A stretch of DNA of 64,000 nucleotides from Ignavibacteriales bacterium (GTDB lineage Bacteria > Bacteroidota > Ignavibacteria > UBA10030 > UBA6906): NCBI GenBank assembly GCA_037441705.1, contig JBBIRR010000021.1, positions 1 to 64,000 of the forward strand. The letters run 5' to 3'. Under the pieces are notes generated by a model that worked only from the letters and a program-made list of their open reading frames with translations, searched no databases and had not been told where the DNA came from. The position numbers and the translations under genes are program-made. This document shows, piece after piece, positions 16,784 through 26,729 of the stretch. Numbering within the stretch: the stretch's first letter is position 1; every line of letters starts with the position of its first letter.

Positions 16784-19700
16784 ATGGGAGATCAGCCTAT
16801 GACTTACCTGCGTTATTCCTTCGTGTGTGCACTGCTGCTGGTGCCGACGTTCACGCTTTTGGCACAACTGCAGCCGCCGGTGCCGCCCGATCGGCGCGGC
16901 CGATCCGACGCGGAACGCTCGGGCTTTCACGATGCGAACAACATCCGCACGATCTTCTGGAATTACGGTATGGTGGGAGATTACCCGCGCGATCCCATCA
17001 ATGTTGACCTGAGTGTGTTTCATTCCGTGGAAGTGCCCAAAGGCAGCGGCTTGAACTACAGCGACGGCATCACGCCGTTCGTGCTGGCAAAGATTCACAT
17101 CACGCCCACGGATTCCTTTTACATTATGGAAACCGGTTATCGTGAGCGGCAGGAGCAGAGTCCGTATTTCGCACGCGACATGCGCTACGAACCGCGCCCG
17201 GGCTACTTCCAGGCCGATCCTTTGATCAATCGTGGACGCTCGCCCGCCATCAGCAACGATCCTCGTACGTGGCCCGACACCTGGCCCGATAAGGATGCGA
17301 CATGGAACGGATACTGGAACGGTTATTTCGGCAAACAGCCCGCAGCCGATCAGGAAAGTTTTTGGGTGATGGATGATGATTACTACGACAAGTGGAATTT
17401 CTATCCTGATGTTCGTGACTCGACGCGCAACGGCCTTGCGCTGCGCGTTGAAGTGCGCGGCTTTCAGTGGGCTAATCCTCAATCCGGTAATGTCATCTTC
17501 TGGCACTATGACATTACCAACGAAGGGACGGTGAGCTATCCCGAACCTGGCAAGCCGGAGAACATCATCTTTGGTTTGTATATGGATTCCGGAGTCGGCG
17601 GCTCTGCCATCGGATGCGATCCCGTTCCGGAGTCCGATGACGACAATGCGTACTTCGATCGTTCCTCGGGACTGAATCTCGTGTACACGTGGGATACGTA
17701 CGGGCACGGAAGAAGTCTCACCAACACGTGCGCCCCCACGGGCTATCTTGGCTACGCCTACCTGGAAACTCCGGGCAAGCCGTTCGACTTTCAGGATAAC
17801 GATGAGGATGGCATTACGGACGAGAAACGCGATAGCGGTCCGGGCACGCTTATCGTCGGCCAATCGGCAATCATGGGCTACCTTGTGGCCAACTATGACA
17901 CGGCAAAGTTCCAACGCTTCTACGGCGCCATCACCAATCGCCCCGCATACAAGGCCGCGCGGTGGTGGACCGGAGACGAGGATATGGATTGGCTGGCGAT
18001 TTCCGATGATGTGGGCGAGGATGGCGTACCCAACACGAATGATCCGGGCGAAGGCGACGGCATGCCCACCAGCGGCGAGCCGCGGTTCGACAAAACCGAT
18101 AAAGACGAATCCGACCAGATTGGTTTGACGGGGTTCAAGATGAACCGCATAACCCGCGCGATTGATGACGTCGTGTTCTTCATGCGCGCCCCGCGCAACT
18201 GGCCGCAGGCTCTCTTCAACATGTGGACCAATCCCAACGTTGGTGCTCGCTTCGATACTGCCGTTGTCGAGAATCTGAACATCGGATTCCTCTTTGCTTC
18301 AGGTCCGTTTACACTTCGGTCGGGCCGAACAGAACGGTTCAGCCTTGCCCTTGCTGCAGGCGAAGACCTCGAGGAACTGCGCAACACTATCCGTGTTGTG
18401 CAGGCCATCTACAACGCCAACTACCAGTTTGCGACACCTCCGCCTCCTCCGAAAGTCCAAGCCGAGGTTGGCGATGGCTATGTTCGCCTGACGTGGGATG
18501 ACGTTGCCGAACGCACGGCAGATCCGGTGTTAGGGATTCTAGACTTCGAAGGATATCGCATCTATCGTTCCACCGACCCGGACTTCCGTGACCCGCGCAT
18601 TATCGTTTCGGGCCGCGGCAATACCTTCCCGAACAACGGCAAGCCGCTTGCACAATTCGATCTCAAGAACGGCATCCGCGGCTATTCTCAAATCACCGTC
18701 GAGGGTGTAGCGTACTATCTCGGCAGCGAAACCGGCATCACGCACACGTGGACGGACACCTCGGTCGTCAACGGGCAGCAGTATTATTACGCCGTGTGTG
18801 CGTATGACTACGGGCCGAGCATCATTGATCGCTCGGGCGAGCAGTTTACGTTCTATCCGTCGGAGAATTCCATCGCCGTGTCGCGCACGCCGCGCGGCGG
18901 CACCATCCTTCCCATCAATGTCGTTGCCGCACGCCCCAACCCGAAAGCGCTGGGATACACGCCCGCCTCAACTTCGAACGTTGAGCGCGTATCGGGCATC
19001 GGGACGGGGAGTGTCCAGGTACGCGTGCTCGATTCCAAACAAGTGCCGGATAATCACGTTTTCAAAATCACATTCAACGCGCTCGATGACGAAGTTCATG
19101 CCAACTCCTACAACCTGATTGACTCGACGACGGGGCAGGTTCTCTTCCGCACCGCCAATGATTTTGATGGGCTGGGAACGGGACTGGTAGGCGCCGGCAT
19201 TCAACCCGTGATCAAGACACTGCCGACGGTCGTGGTGGACACCAATCGCACGGGATTTACGCCGACCAGTCACACGAATGTACGACTTTCGGTTGAGTAC
19301 AACAGCGCGATGCCGATCAATTTCCGGCGAGAAGGGTTCCCGTACGACCTGACGATTACCTTCTCGAATGTCCCGATTGACAGTGCCATCTGGTTGTTCG
19401 ATGGGTTTTACCGTCCGGTGAAGTTCCGTGTGGTTGCGCATACTCCGCACGGCGATCAACGATTGCTCTGTCGCTTTGTGGATCTCAACGGCGATAACAC
19501 GCTCAGTCCCAATCCGCAGAACCCTGAGGCGATTGCCGTACTGACAGGCCCCGACACGCTCGGCTGGCGCGACAGACAGACGTGGATCGTCAAGATTAGC
19601 AACGATAATGATACGCTGACTGCCCCGACCGCAGGCGACGTGTTCGAGATGCGGTTGCTTTATCCCTTCACAGTTGGCGACGTGTTCACATTCAGAACGA

Positions 19701-20053
19701 CGGGCGAGATTGTTTCCGGCGATCTTGCGAAACAGATGTTCAAGGAGTCCCCGTATGTGGTGCCGAACCCGTACGTGGGCGCGGCGAGCTTTGAGCCGGA
19801 ACGGTTTGCCGTGTCGGGACGGGGAGAGCGGCGCATCGAGTTCCGCGGACTGCCTCAGAACTGTACCATCCGCATCTACACCGTGCGCGGAGACCTTGTG
19901 CAGACGTTGCACCACGATGGCTCGACCGAAGGGTACGTTGCGTGGAATCTTCGCACGAAGGACAATCTCGATGTTGCGCCGGGCCTCTACATCTTTCATG
20001 TGGATGCCGGCAGCGTCGGGACACACATCGGCAAGTTTGCCATCATCAAGTGA
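16784..20053 (+). CDS. Large exported protein with DxDxDG-type Ca-binding loops, FN3-like domain and variant CTD (VVPNPY...GKFAIIK); start may be 16799
   Basis: Signal peptide; DNDEDGITDE and DVGEDGVPNTNDPGEGDG loops; FEGYRIYRS...YYYAVCAYD FN3; C-terminal Ig-like CTD. Confidence 0.8.
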   Translation: MGDQPMTYLRYSFVCALLLVPTFTLLAQLQPPVPPDRRGRSDAERSGFHDANNIRTIFWNYGMVGDYPRDPINVDLSVFHSVEVPKGSGLNYSDGITPFVLAKIHITPTDSFYIMETGYRERQEQSPYFARDMRYEPRPGYFQADPLINRGRSPAISNDPRTWPDTWPDKDATWNGYWNGYFGKQPAADQESFWVMDDDYYDKWNFYPDVRDSTRNGLALRVEVRGFQWANPQSGNVIFWHYDITNEGTVSYPEPGKPENIIFGLYMDSGVGGSAIGCDPVPESDDDNAYFDRSSGLNLVYTWDTYGHGRSLTNTCAPTGYLGYAYLETPGKPFDFQDNDEDGITDEKRDSGPGTLIVGQSAIMGYLVANYDTAKFQRFYGAITNRPAYKAARWWTGDEDMDWLAISDDVGEDGVPNTNDPGEGDGMPTSGEPRFDKTDKDESDQIGLTGFKMNRITRAIDDVVFFMRAPRNWPQALFNMWTNPNVGARFDTAVVENLNIGFLFASGPFTLRSGRTERFSLALAAGEDLEELRNTIRVVQAIYNANYQFATPPPPPKVQAEVGDGYVRLTWDDVAERTADPVLGILDFEGYRIYRSTDPDFRDPRIIVSGRGNTFPNNGKPLAQFDLKNGIRGYSQITVEGVAYYLGSETGITHTWTDTSVVNGQQYYYAVCAYDYGPSIIDRSGEQFTFYPSENSIAVSRTPRGGTILPINVVAARPNPKALGYTPASTSNVERVSGIGTGSVQVRVLDSKQVPDNHVFKITFNALDDEVHANSYNLIDSTTGQVLFRTANDFDGLGTGLVGAGIQPVIKTLPTVVVDTNRTGFTPTSHTNVRLSVEYNSAMPINFRREGFPYDLTITFSNVPIDSAIWLFDGFYRPVKFRVVAHTPHGDQRLLCRFVDLNGDNTLSPNPQNPEAIAVLTGPDTLGWRDRQTWIVKISNDNDTLTAPTAGDVFEMRLLYPFTVGDVFTFRTTGEIVSGDLAKQMFKESPYVVPNPYVGAASFEPERFAVSGRGERRIEFRGLPQNCTIRIYTVRGDLVQTLHHDGSTEGYVAWNLRTKDNLDVAPGLYIFHVDAGSVGTHIGKFAIIK

Positions 20054-20065
20054 GCGAGGTGACGT

Positions 20066-21070
20066 ATGAGAACAGTCGCAATAACCCTTCTCACCGTTTT
20101 AGCAGGTCATTTCCTCTTCGCTCAGTCGAAAACGGGCACGAGTGTCGGACAGTTTTTGATGATTGAGCCAAGTGCGCGCATTGCTGCAATGGGCAATGCC
20201 GGCTCGACCATGTACGGCGAGTTGCAGGCGGCGTATTACAATCCCGCGGCTATCGGGCTTCAGCAGTTTCACAGCGTGCAGTTCACGCACAGCAACTGGC
20301 TTGCCGATATTGCGTACGACTATGCTGCGCTGGGGTTAGTATTGGGAAGCTTCGGCAATTTGTATGCAAGCGTGACGTCGCTGAACTCGGGCGAGATTGA
20401 TGTGCGCACAGTGGAACAACCGCTGGGTACCGGAGAACGCTACACGGTCTCCAACCTCGCATTCGGGCTTGGCTATGGTAGACAGATTTCCGAGCGCTTC
20501 TCGTTGGGTGTTCAGGTCTCCTACATACGCGAGACCATCTGGCATAGTGGGCTTAGCGCTTTCGGTTTCAATGTGGGGACGATCTATCGGATCTCGGAGA
20601 ACGGGCTGCACATCGGCGCAAGTCTATCGAACTTCGGCACGCGCGCAAAGTACGACGGCCGTGATCTTCGCATTCAGTTTGATCAAGATCCCAGGAAGTA
20701 TGGCGACAACGGCAGTCTGCCGGCCGAGTTGTTCACCGATGACTTCCCGCTGCCGGTGCTGTTTCGTGTCGGCATTGGGTTGCCGCTGCAATTCGGAGAG
20801 GATCACCGGCTGCACCTGGTGGTGGATGCCTACCATCCCAGCGACAACACCGAAAGCATCAGCTTAGGGGCGGAGTACACGTTCCTCGATCTGTTCAGTC
20901 TGCGTGGAGGGTACCAGAATCTCTTCCTGCAGGATTCAGAAGTCGGCCTCACGCTCGGCGCAGGCGTGAATTACCGAATGACAACGTACGCCCTCAGCTT
21001 CGATTATGCGTGGGCCGATCATGGTCGCCTTGACAAGACCCACAGGCTGACCTTTGGCGTTCAGTTTTGA
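20066..21070 (+). CDS. PorV/PorQ-family (FadL-like) outer-membrane beta-barrel
   Basis: KTGTSVGQFLMIEPSARIAAMGNA...YYNPAAI N-terminal signature; amphipathic strands; ends in THRLTFGVQF. Confidence 0.85.
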   Translation: MRTVAITLLTVLAGHFLFAQSKTGTSVGQFLMIEPSARIAAMGNAGSTMYGELQAAYYNPAAIGLQQFHSVQFTHSNWLADIAYDYAALGLVLGSFGNLYASVTSLNSGEIDVRTVEQPLGTGERYTVSNLAFGLGYGRQISERFSLGVQVSYIRETIWHSGLSAFGFNVGTIYRISENGLHIGASLSNFGTRAKYDGRDLRIQFDQDPRKYGDNGSLPAELFTDDFPLPVLFRVGIGLPLQFGEDHRLHLVVDAYHPSDNTESISLGAEYTFLDLFSLRGGYQNLFLQDSEVGLTLGAGVNYRMTTYALSFDYAWADHGRLDKTHRLTFGVQF

Positions 21071-21096
21071 TTGATCGAACAACAGGATAACGCGCG

Positions 21097-23496
21097 TTGA
21101 AACGATTCACCACGAAGTATGGTTTTTTTGCAAACGACGGGAACGAATACTGCATCAGAACACCGCGTACCCCGCGGCCGTGGATCAACGTCATCAGCAA
21201 CGGCGATTACGGTATCACCGTTTCGCAGACCGGCAGCGGCTACAGTTGGCGCACGCACGCCCAGCTCAACCGACTGACGCGATGGGCGCAAGACCTGGTG
21301 AAGGATGAGTGGGGGAAGTACCTCTACCTCCGCGATGAGAGTGGCAATGTCTGGTCGGCGGGCTGGAAGCCGGTGTGCAGCGAACCGGAAGCGTACGAAT
21401 GCCGTCACGGCATCGGCTACAGCGTTATCATCGCGACGAACTTCGGTATCGAAACCGAACTGCTGCTCTTTGTTCCCAATGACGAGCCGGTAGAGATCTG
21501 GCGCTTGCGCATTGTCAATCGTTCGCGCAAGAAAAGAACACTCGATCTCTTCACCTACCTCGAATGGGGTCTCGGACAGGCACCCGACTGGCATCGGGAA
21601 TTTCACAAATCCTTTACCAAGACGGAGTACAATGCAACAGCGCATGCGCTCGTCGCAACAAAGCGCTTGTGGGAAGTGCCGACCGAACGCGGGCATTGGA
21701 ACACGGATTGGCCCTATGTTGCATTCCATTCTTCCAACCTCAAACCCACGTCGTATGATGCGGACAAAGAGACGTTCCTCGGCATGTACGGGAGCGTCGC
21801 GCGCCCGGCGTCGGTCTTCGCTCGAACGCTGAAGCGACGCACCGGCAACTGGCTCGACCCGATTGCCAGCTTGCATCATCATATCACGCTTCGACCGAAA
21901 GAAGAGCGTACGGTGGTGTACACGCTCGGCTGTGCCGACTCGCGCGAGCAGGCCCACGACATCATCGCGCGGTACCGCTCGATGGACGAAGTGGAAGCCG
22001 CGCTGGAGGAGGTGCACGAGCAGTGGAGGCGTCGGCTCTCCACGATGACGGTCGAGACGCCGGATGCGGCGATGAATATCATGACCAACACGTGGCTGAA
22101 GTATCAGGCAATCTCCGGACGAATGTGGGGGAGAACGGCATATTACCAGACGGGCGGAGCGTTCGGTTTTCGCGATCAGTTGCAGGATAGTCAATTGTGG
22201 TTGGTGATTGATCCGCCGCGCACGAAGCAGCAGATTCGCCTGCATGCGCGGCATCAGTTTGCCGACGGAGGCGTGTATCACTGGTGGCACCCGATCACGG
22301 AAATCGGCTTGCGCAACCAGATCTCCGACAACCTCCTGTGGCTGCCGTTCGTGATGCAGGCATACCTGCAGGAGACGAACGACGTTGCCGCGCTCGAGGA
22401 GACGGAGCCGTTTGTGGACGAGGCGGCGCCTGCGACGCTGTACGATCACTGCTGCCGCGCGATCGATCGCGCGCTGGAGCGGTTCAGTCCGCGTGGCCTT
22501 CCGCTCATCGGCGGGGGAGATTGGAATGACGGCTTGAGTGCTGTGGGGTTGGAGATGAAGGGGGAGTCCATCTGGCTCGGCCATTTTCTTCATCGCATTC
22601 TGTTGGATTTCGCGGCAATCGCTCGGCGCGTGAACGATCACGAACGAGCCACGCGCTACGACGATCGCGCGCGGCAGCTTCGCGACAACTTGAATACGAT
22701 CGGTTGGGATGGCGAGTACTATTACGGCGCGACGAAGGATTCGGGTGAGAAGATCGGCAGCAAGGAGAACGCCGAAGGTTCTCTCTGGCTCAATCCGCAG
22801 ACGTGGGCGGTGATTGCCGGCGTTGCCGGTGATGAACGCGCGCGGCAGGTGATGGATGTTGTGGAGCAGAACCTGGAATCCGAGATCGGCCCGCTGCTGC
22901 TTGCTCCTGCCTACAAAACGCCGGACAGGTACATCGGCTATCTGACGCGTTACAGTCCCGGCATGCGCGAGAACGGCGGCGTGTACACGCACGGGGCGAC
23001 GTGGACGGTGATTGCCGAAGCGATGCTCGGGCGCGGCGAGGCGGCCTACCGCGTGTACTGCAAGCTCAATCCCATCAATCGCGGCAAGCAGCCCGATCGC
23101 TATTGCGCGGAGCCGTACGTTACCGCAGGCAACATCGAGGGGCCGGACTCCGCCTTTTTCGGTCGCGGGGGGTGGACGTGGTACTCAGGTTCGGCTGCGT
23201 GGCTGTTCAAAGTGGGGGTGGAGTGGATTCTCGGCATTCGGCCGACGTTCGACGGACTCCTGATCGACCCATGCATTCCCCGATCATGGGCCGGGTTCAA
23301 GGTCCATCGCGTGTTTCGCGGCGCGGTGTACGAGATCGAGGTTCGCAATCCCGATGGTGTGGAATGCGGTGTGAAGGAGTTGTGGGTGGACGGCGTTCGC
23401 CATTGCGAGACGAAGGGTCCGCGGGAAAAACGTGCGCCGCAGTTTGACCCCGGCACGACGCACACGGTGGTGGCGGTGATGGGCAATGCTGTGTAG
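21097..23496 (+). CDS. GH94 glycoside phosphorylase (cytoplasmic; resembles the beta-1,2-oligoglucan/Cgs-type GH94 domain)
   Basis: TPRPWINVISN, YYQTGGAFGFRDQLQD, catalytic GGGDWNDGL, RENGGVYTH, GRGGWTWYSGSAAW; TTG start. Confidence 0.9.
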   Translation: MKRFTTKYGFFANDGNEYCIRTPRTPRPWINVISNGDYGITVSQTGSGYSWRTHAQLNRLTRWAQDLVKDEWGKYLYLRDESGNVWSAGWKPVCSEPEAYECRHGIGYSVIIATNFGIETELLLFVPNDEPVEIWRLRIVNRSRKKRTLDLFTYLEWGLGQAPDWHREFHKSFTKTEYNATAHALVATKRLWEVPTERGHWNTDWPYVAFHSSNLKPTSYDADKETFLGMYGSVARPASVFARTLKRRTGNWLDPIASLHHHITLRPKEERTVVYTLGCADSREQAHDIIARYRSMDEVEAALEEVHEQWRRRLSTMTVETPDAAMNIMTNTWLKYQAISGRMWGRTAYYQTGGAFGFRDQLQDSQLWLVIDPPRTKQQIRLHARHQFADGGVYHWWHPITEIGLRNQISDNLLWLPFVMQAYLQETNDVAALEETEPFVDEAAPATLYDHCCRAIDRALERFSPRGLPLIGGGDWNDGLSAVGLEMKGESIWLGHFLHRILLDFAAIARRVNDHERATRYDDRARQLRDNLNTIGWDGEYYYGATKDSGEKIGSKENAEGSLWLNPQTWAVIAGVAGDERARQVMDVVEQNLESEIGPLLLAPAYKTPDRYIGYLTRYSPGMRENGGVYTHGATWTVIAEAMLGRGEAAYRVYCKLNPINRGKQPDRYCAEPYVTAGNIEGPDSAFFGRGGWTWYSGSAAWLFKVGVEWILGIRPTFDGLLIDPCIPRSWAGFKVHRVFRGAVYEIEVRNPDGVECGVKELWVDGVRHCETKGPREKRAPQFDPGTTHTVVAVMGNAV

Positions 23497-23547
23497 GTTT
23501 CGGCATGCAGCAGCCGGCGAGAATTCTGTACTGCGGGTTGAGGATGA

Positions 23548-23671
23548 TGCGTTAGGCGCCCGGAGGGCTTGGTGCCGCCGCTGTTCGGGCGGCACGGGAG
23601 GCCGCCGAAGGCGGCCGTACCCCGGAGGGCGCCGACGGCGCTGCGAAGCGTTTAGCGCCGGAACGCCCAAC
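23548..23671. repeat. REP-like multi-hairpin intergenic element (copy A)
   Basis: Starts TGCGTTAGG and ends GGAACGCCCA, as does the 35533-35664 element; internal hairpins GTGCCGCC/GGCGGCAC, GGCCGCC-GAA-GGCGGCC and CGGCGCT/AGCGCCG. Confidence 0.6.
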
Positions 23672-23733
23672 ATCCAACAGTGAAAGAAAAGTGGGTTGCG
23701 CGTATCAATCACGATGATGAGAAAGAGAATACC

Positions 23734-25305
23734 ATGCGGCGAACGGTTTTCTTCCTTTTGATGGCGTTGGCGGCGTCGGTTCCTTCGTCCGCGCAAATTA
23801 CAACCGATGCACTTCTCGATACCATCCAGCACACTGCGTTTCGGTATTTTTGGGAGCAGGCAAATCCCGCGAACGGATTGATCAAAGATCGTGGGCCGAT
23901 GGACGCGCCGTGCAGCATCGCGGCGGTGGGGTTTGGTCTGAGTGCCATTTGCATCGGCGTTGATCACGGGTGGGTGACGCGCGAGGCGGCGCGGGATCGC
24001 GTGCTGACGACGCTGAACACATTCTGGACGGGACCGCAAGGCGGCGGCACCAGCGGCTACATCGGCAACTGGGGCTTGTTCTACCACTTCCTCGACATGA
24101 ACACGGCAACGCGGACGTGGACCTCCGAGCTCTCCACCATTGATACGGGCTTGCTGCTGGCCGGCATTATCGATGCACGCCAGTTTTTCGACGGGACGGA
24201 TTCTGTTGAGACGCGGATTCGTGCGCTCGCTGATTCGATTTACGCGCGCATGAATTGGAATCTGATGCGGAACTACAATCCGGGCATTTTGATGGGCTGG
24301 ACGCCCGAGACGGGTTTCATCCGCGCGGAATGGATTGGGTACAACGAGGCGACGATCATGTACATTCTTGCGCTGGGTTCACCCACGCATCCGGTTGATT
24401 ATCTCGCATGGCAGGCATGGACGCAGGGGTACACGCCCGGCTCGTACTACGGCTACTCGTACATCATTTTTCCGCCGCTGTTCGGGCATCAGTATTCGCA
24501 TTGCTGGATTGATTTTCGGAACATCAACGAATACTACATGGCGCAGCATGGGTTGACGTATTTCGAGAACTCGCGCCGCGCAACGCTTGCGCAGCGTGCG
24601 TATTCGATCGCCAACCCGTACGGACATGCGGGCTACAGTGACTCGCTGTGGGGCATTACGGCAAGCGACACGCCGACGGGCTACCGTGCGCGCGGCGCGC
24701 CCCCGGCGCAGAACGACGACGGCACGATTACCCCGACCGCGCCGATCAGTTCGATCCCGTTTGCGCCCGACGAGTGCATCCGCGTTGCACGCACGATGTG
24801 GGAACACTACCGGCCGCAGCTCTGGACGCAGTACGGATTTCGCGATGCTTTCAATCTCAACGTCAACTGGTGGGACCCGTGGATTATCGGTATTGATCAG
24901 GGGCCGATGATCATCATGATCGAAAACTATCGGACGGGGCGCGTGTGGCAGCGCTTCATGTCCAATCCCAACGTCCAGCTCGGCTTGCAGCGGGCAGGGT
25001 TTACGCCGATTGTGAGCGTAAAGGAAAAGACGGCAGAACCGAATGTATTCAGGCTGGAGCAAAACATTCCCAACCCGTTCAATCCGAGTACGAACATTAG
25101 GTTCAGGCTTCAAGGTTCGGGGCATGTGACGCTGAGAGTGTTCGATGTGTTGGGGCGAGAAGTCGCGACGTTGGTTGATGATGTGAAACAAGCAGGCGAG
25201 CATACAGTCAGCTTCGATGCTTCGCATCTCTCCAGCGGCGTGTACTACTACCGATTGACGGCGGGTTCCTCTACGCAAACCAGGCGCATGGTCCTTCTCA
25301 AATAG
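23734..25305 (+). CDS. GH144-like (glycoamylase/DUF3131, beta-1,2-glucanase clan) enzyme with T9SS CTD
   Basis: SIAAVGFGL, GLFYHFLD, ELSTIDTGLL, W.GYNEA, PPLFGHQYSHCWIDFR, YGFRDAFN, IGIDQGP; CTD LEQNIPNPFNPST. Confidence 0.85.
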   Translation: MRRTVFFLLMALAASVPSSAQITTDALLDTIQHTAFRYFWEQANPANGLIKDRGPMDAPCSIAAVGFGLSAICIGVDHGWVTREAARDRVLTTLNTFWTGPQGGGTSGYIGNWGLFYHFLDMNTATRTWTSELSTIDTGLLLAGIIDARQFFDGTDSVETRIRALADSIYARMNWNLMRNYNPGILMGWTPETGFIRAEWIGYNEATIMYILALGSPTHPVDYLAWQAWTQGYTPGSYYGYSYIIFPPLFGHQYSHCWIDFRNINEYYMAQHGLTYFENSRRATLAQRAYSIANPYGHAGYSDSLWGITASDTPTGYRARGAPPAQNDDGTITPTAPISSIPFAPDECIRVARTMWEHYRPQLWTQYGFRDAFNLNVNWWDPWIIGIDQGPMIIMIENYRTGRVWQRFMSNPNVQLGLQRAGFTPIVSVKEKTAEPNVFRLEQNIPNPFNPSTNIRFRLQGSGHVTLRVFDVLGREVATLVDDVKQAGEHTVSFDASHLSSGVYYYRLTAGSSTQTRRMVLLK

Positions 25306-25318
25306 TCTCAGCCCCATC

Positions 25319-26686
25319 ATGAAGCGATTCATCCTTTTCGCTTTTCTCTCACTGCCGCTCACCGCGTGTGCCGATCAGCCGAAGAAACAGTGGGACCCGT
25401 TTCTCGACACGCTGCATCAGCGGACGATCCAGTGGTTTCTCGATGTGACGCCGCGAGAAACAGGATTGACCCCCGACCGTTGGCCCGCAGAATGGTCGCC
25501 GTCGAGCATCGCCGCGGTCGGCTTTGCACTCACCACCTACCCGATCGCGGTCGAGCGCAAGATGATCACGCGTGACGAAGCCGTTGCGCGAACGCTCAAC
25601 ACGCTGCGCTTTTTCTGGAATCTTCCGCAGTCAACCGATCCCGTCCGCAGCGCGGGCTACAAGGGGTTCTTCTACCACTTTCTGAAGAAGGAGTCCGGAT
25701 TGCGGGAGTGGAACTGCGAGCTTTCCACGATCGACACCGGGTTGCTGATGGCGGGCGTTCTCTTTGCGCAGACGTACTTCGATGAGCACAGTAGCGCCGA
25801 ACGTGAGATTCGTGCGCTTGCCGATTCGCTCTACCGTCGCGTCGATTGGCAGTGGGCGATGGGCGGTACCCGCGGTATTGCCATGGGGTGGACGCCGGAA
25901 CATGGCTTCCACAAGTGGCATTGGTTCGGCTACACCGAAGCGATGATTCTCTACGTGCTTGCACTCGGCTCGCCGACGCATCCTGTTCCGCCGTCGGTGT
26001 GGGAGGTGTTCACCGAGCGTTATGTCTGGAAAGAACACTACGGGCAGACGCTTGTGAATTTCATGCCCCTGTTCGGGCATCAGTTTTCGCAGGCCTGGAT
26101 TGATTTCCGGGGCATTCGCGATGCGTTCATGCGCAAACAGGGGATTGACTATTTTGAGAATTCGCGTCGCGCGTGTTACGTCCACCAAACCTACGCCATC
26201 GCAAATCCCCATCGGTGGTTGGACTACTCCGATTCCATCTGGGGGTTGAGTGCGTGCGATGGTCCCAAGGATACATCGTTTGTGGTCAATGGCATCGAAC
26301 GACGGTTTCGTTCGTACTCTGCCCGCGGAACGGGGGCCGAGGAAGAAGTTGACGACGGCACGATTGCTCCGTATGCAGCCGCAGGATGCATCCCGTTCGC
26401 ACCCGAAATCGCCATCCGCGCGGTGAAAGCGATGCGGAATAAGTACGGCGACAGGCTCTGGACGAAGTACGGCTTCCTCGATGCGTTCAATCCTACCTTC
26501 ATCACTCCTGCAACACCGCACGGCTGGTTCGACAAGGATTATCTCGGCATTGATCAGGGACCGATTGTTCTGATGGTCGAGAACTTTCGCAGCGGGTTTG
26601 TGTGGGAGGTGATGAAGAAGAATCGGTACATCGTTGACGGATTGAAGAAGGCGGGATTTACAGGAGGATGGTTGGAGAGGAAATGA
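25319..26686 (+). CDS. GH144-like beta-1,2-glucanase, lipoprotein
   Basis: Lipobox LTA-C; SIAAVGFAL, GFFYHFL, ELSTIDTGLL, PLFGHQFSQAWIDFRG, YGFLDAFN, LGIDQGP. Confidence 0.87.
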   Translation: MKRFILFAFLSLPLTACADQPKKQWDPFLDTLHQRTIQWFLDVTPRETGLTPDRWPAEWSPSSIAAVGFALTTYPIAVERKMITRDEAVARTLNTLRFFWNLPQSTDPVRSAGYKGFFYHFLKKESGLREWNCELSTIDTGLLMAGVLFAQTYFDEHSSAEREIRALADSLYRRVDWQWAMGGTRGIAMGWTPEHGFHKWHWFGYTEAMILYVLALGSPTHPVPPSVWEVFTERYVWKEHYGQTLVNFMPLFGHQFSQAWIDFRGIRDAFMRKQGIDYFENSRRACYVHQTYAIANPHRWLDYSDSIWGLSACDGPKDTSFVVNGIERRFRSYSARGTGAEEEVDDGTIAPYAAAGCIPFAPEIAIRAVKAMRNKYGDRLWTKYGFLDAFNPTFITPATPHGWFDKDYLGIDQGPIVLMVENFRSGFVWEVMKKNRYIVDGLKKAGFTGGWLERK

Positions 26687-26729
26687 GAGAGGCAAACGCC
26701 GTCGCGTTATCACGAATCATTCTCGACAC

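Noticed and set aside
21061-22992. Long antisense ORFs (643 aa here; also 40788-42509, 16769-17914, 25631-26713, 51145-52179)
   Set aside because: They lie opposite well-supported genes, lack motifs, and are expected shadows of GC-rich codon usage
23551-23671. Integron attC site or empty cassette (GTTAGGC...GCCCAAC)
   Set aside because: The core sites are in the reverse order for an attC, there are no convincing L boxes on the flanks, and there is no integrase or cassette array; better explained as a REP-like element
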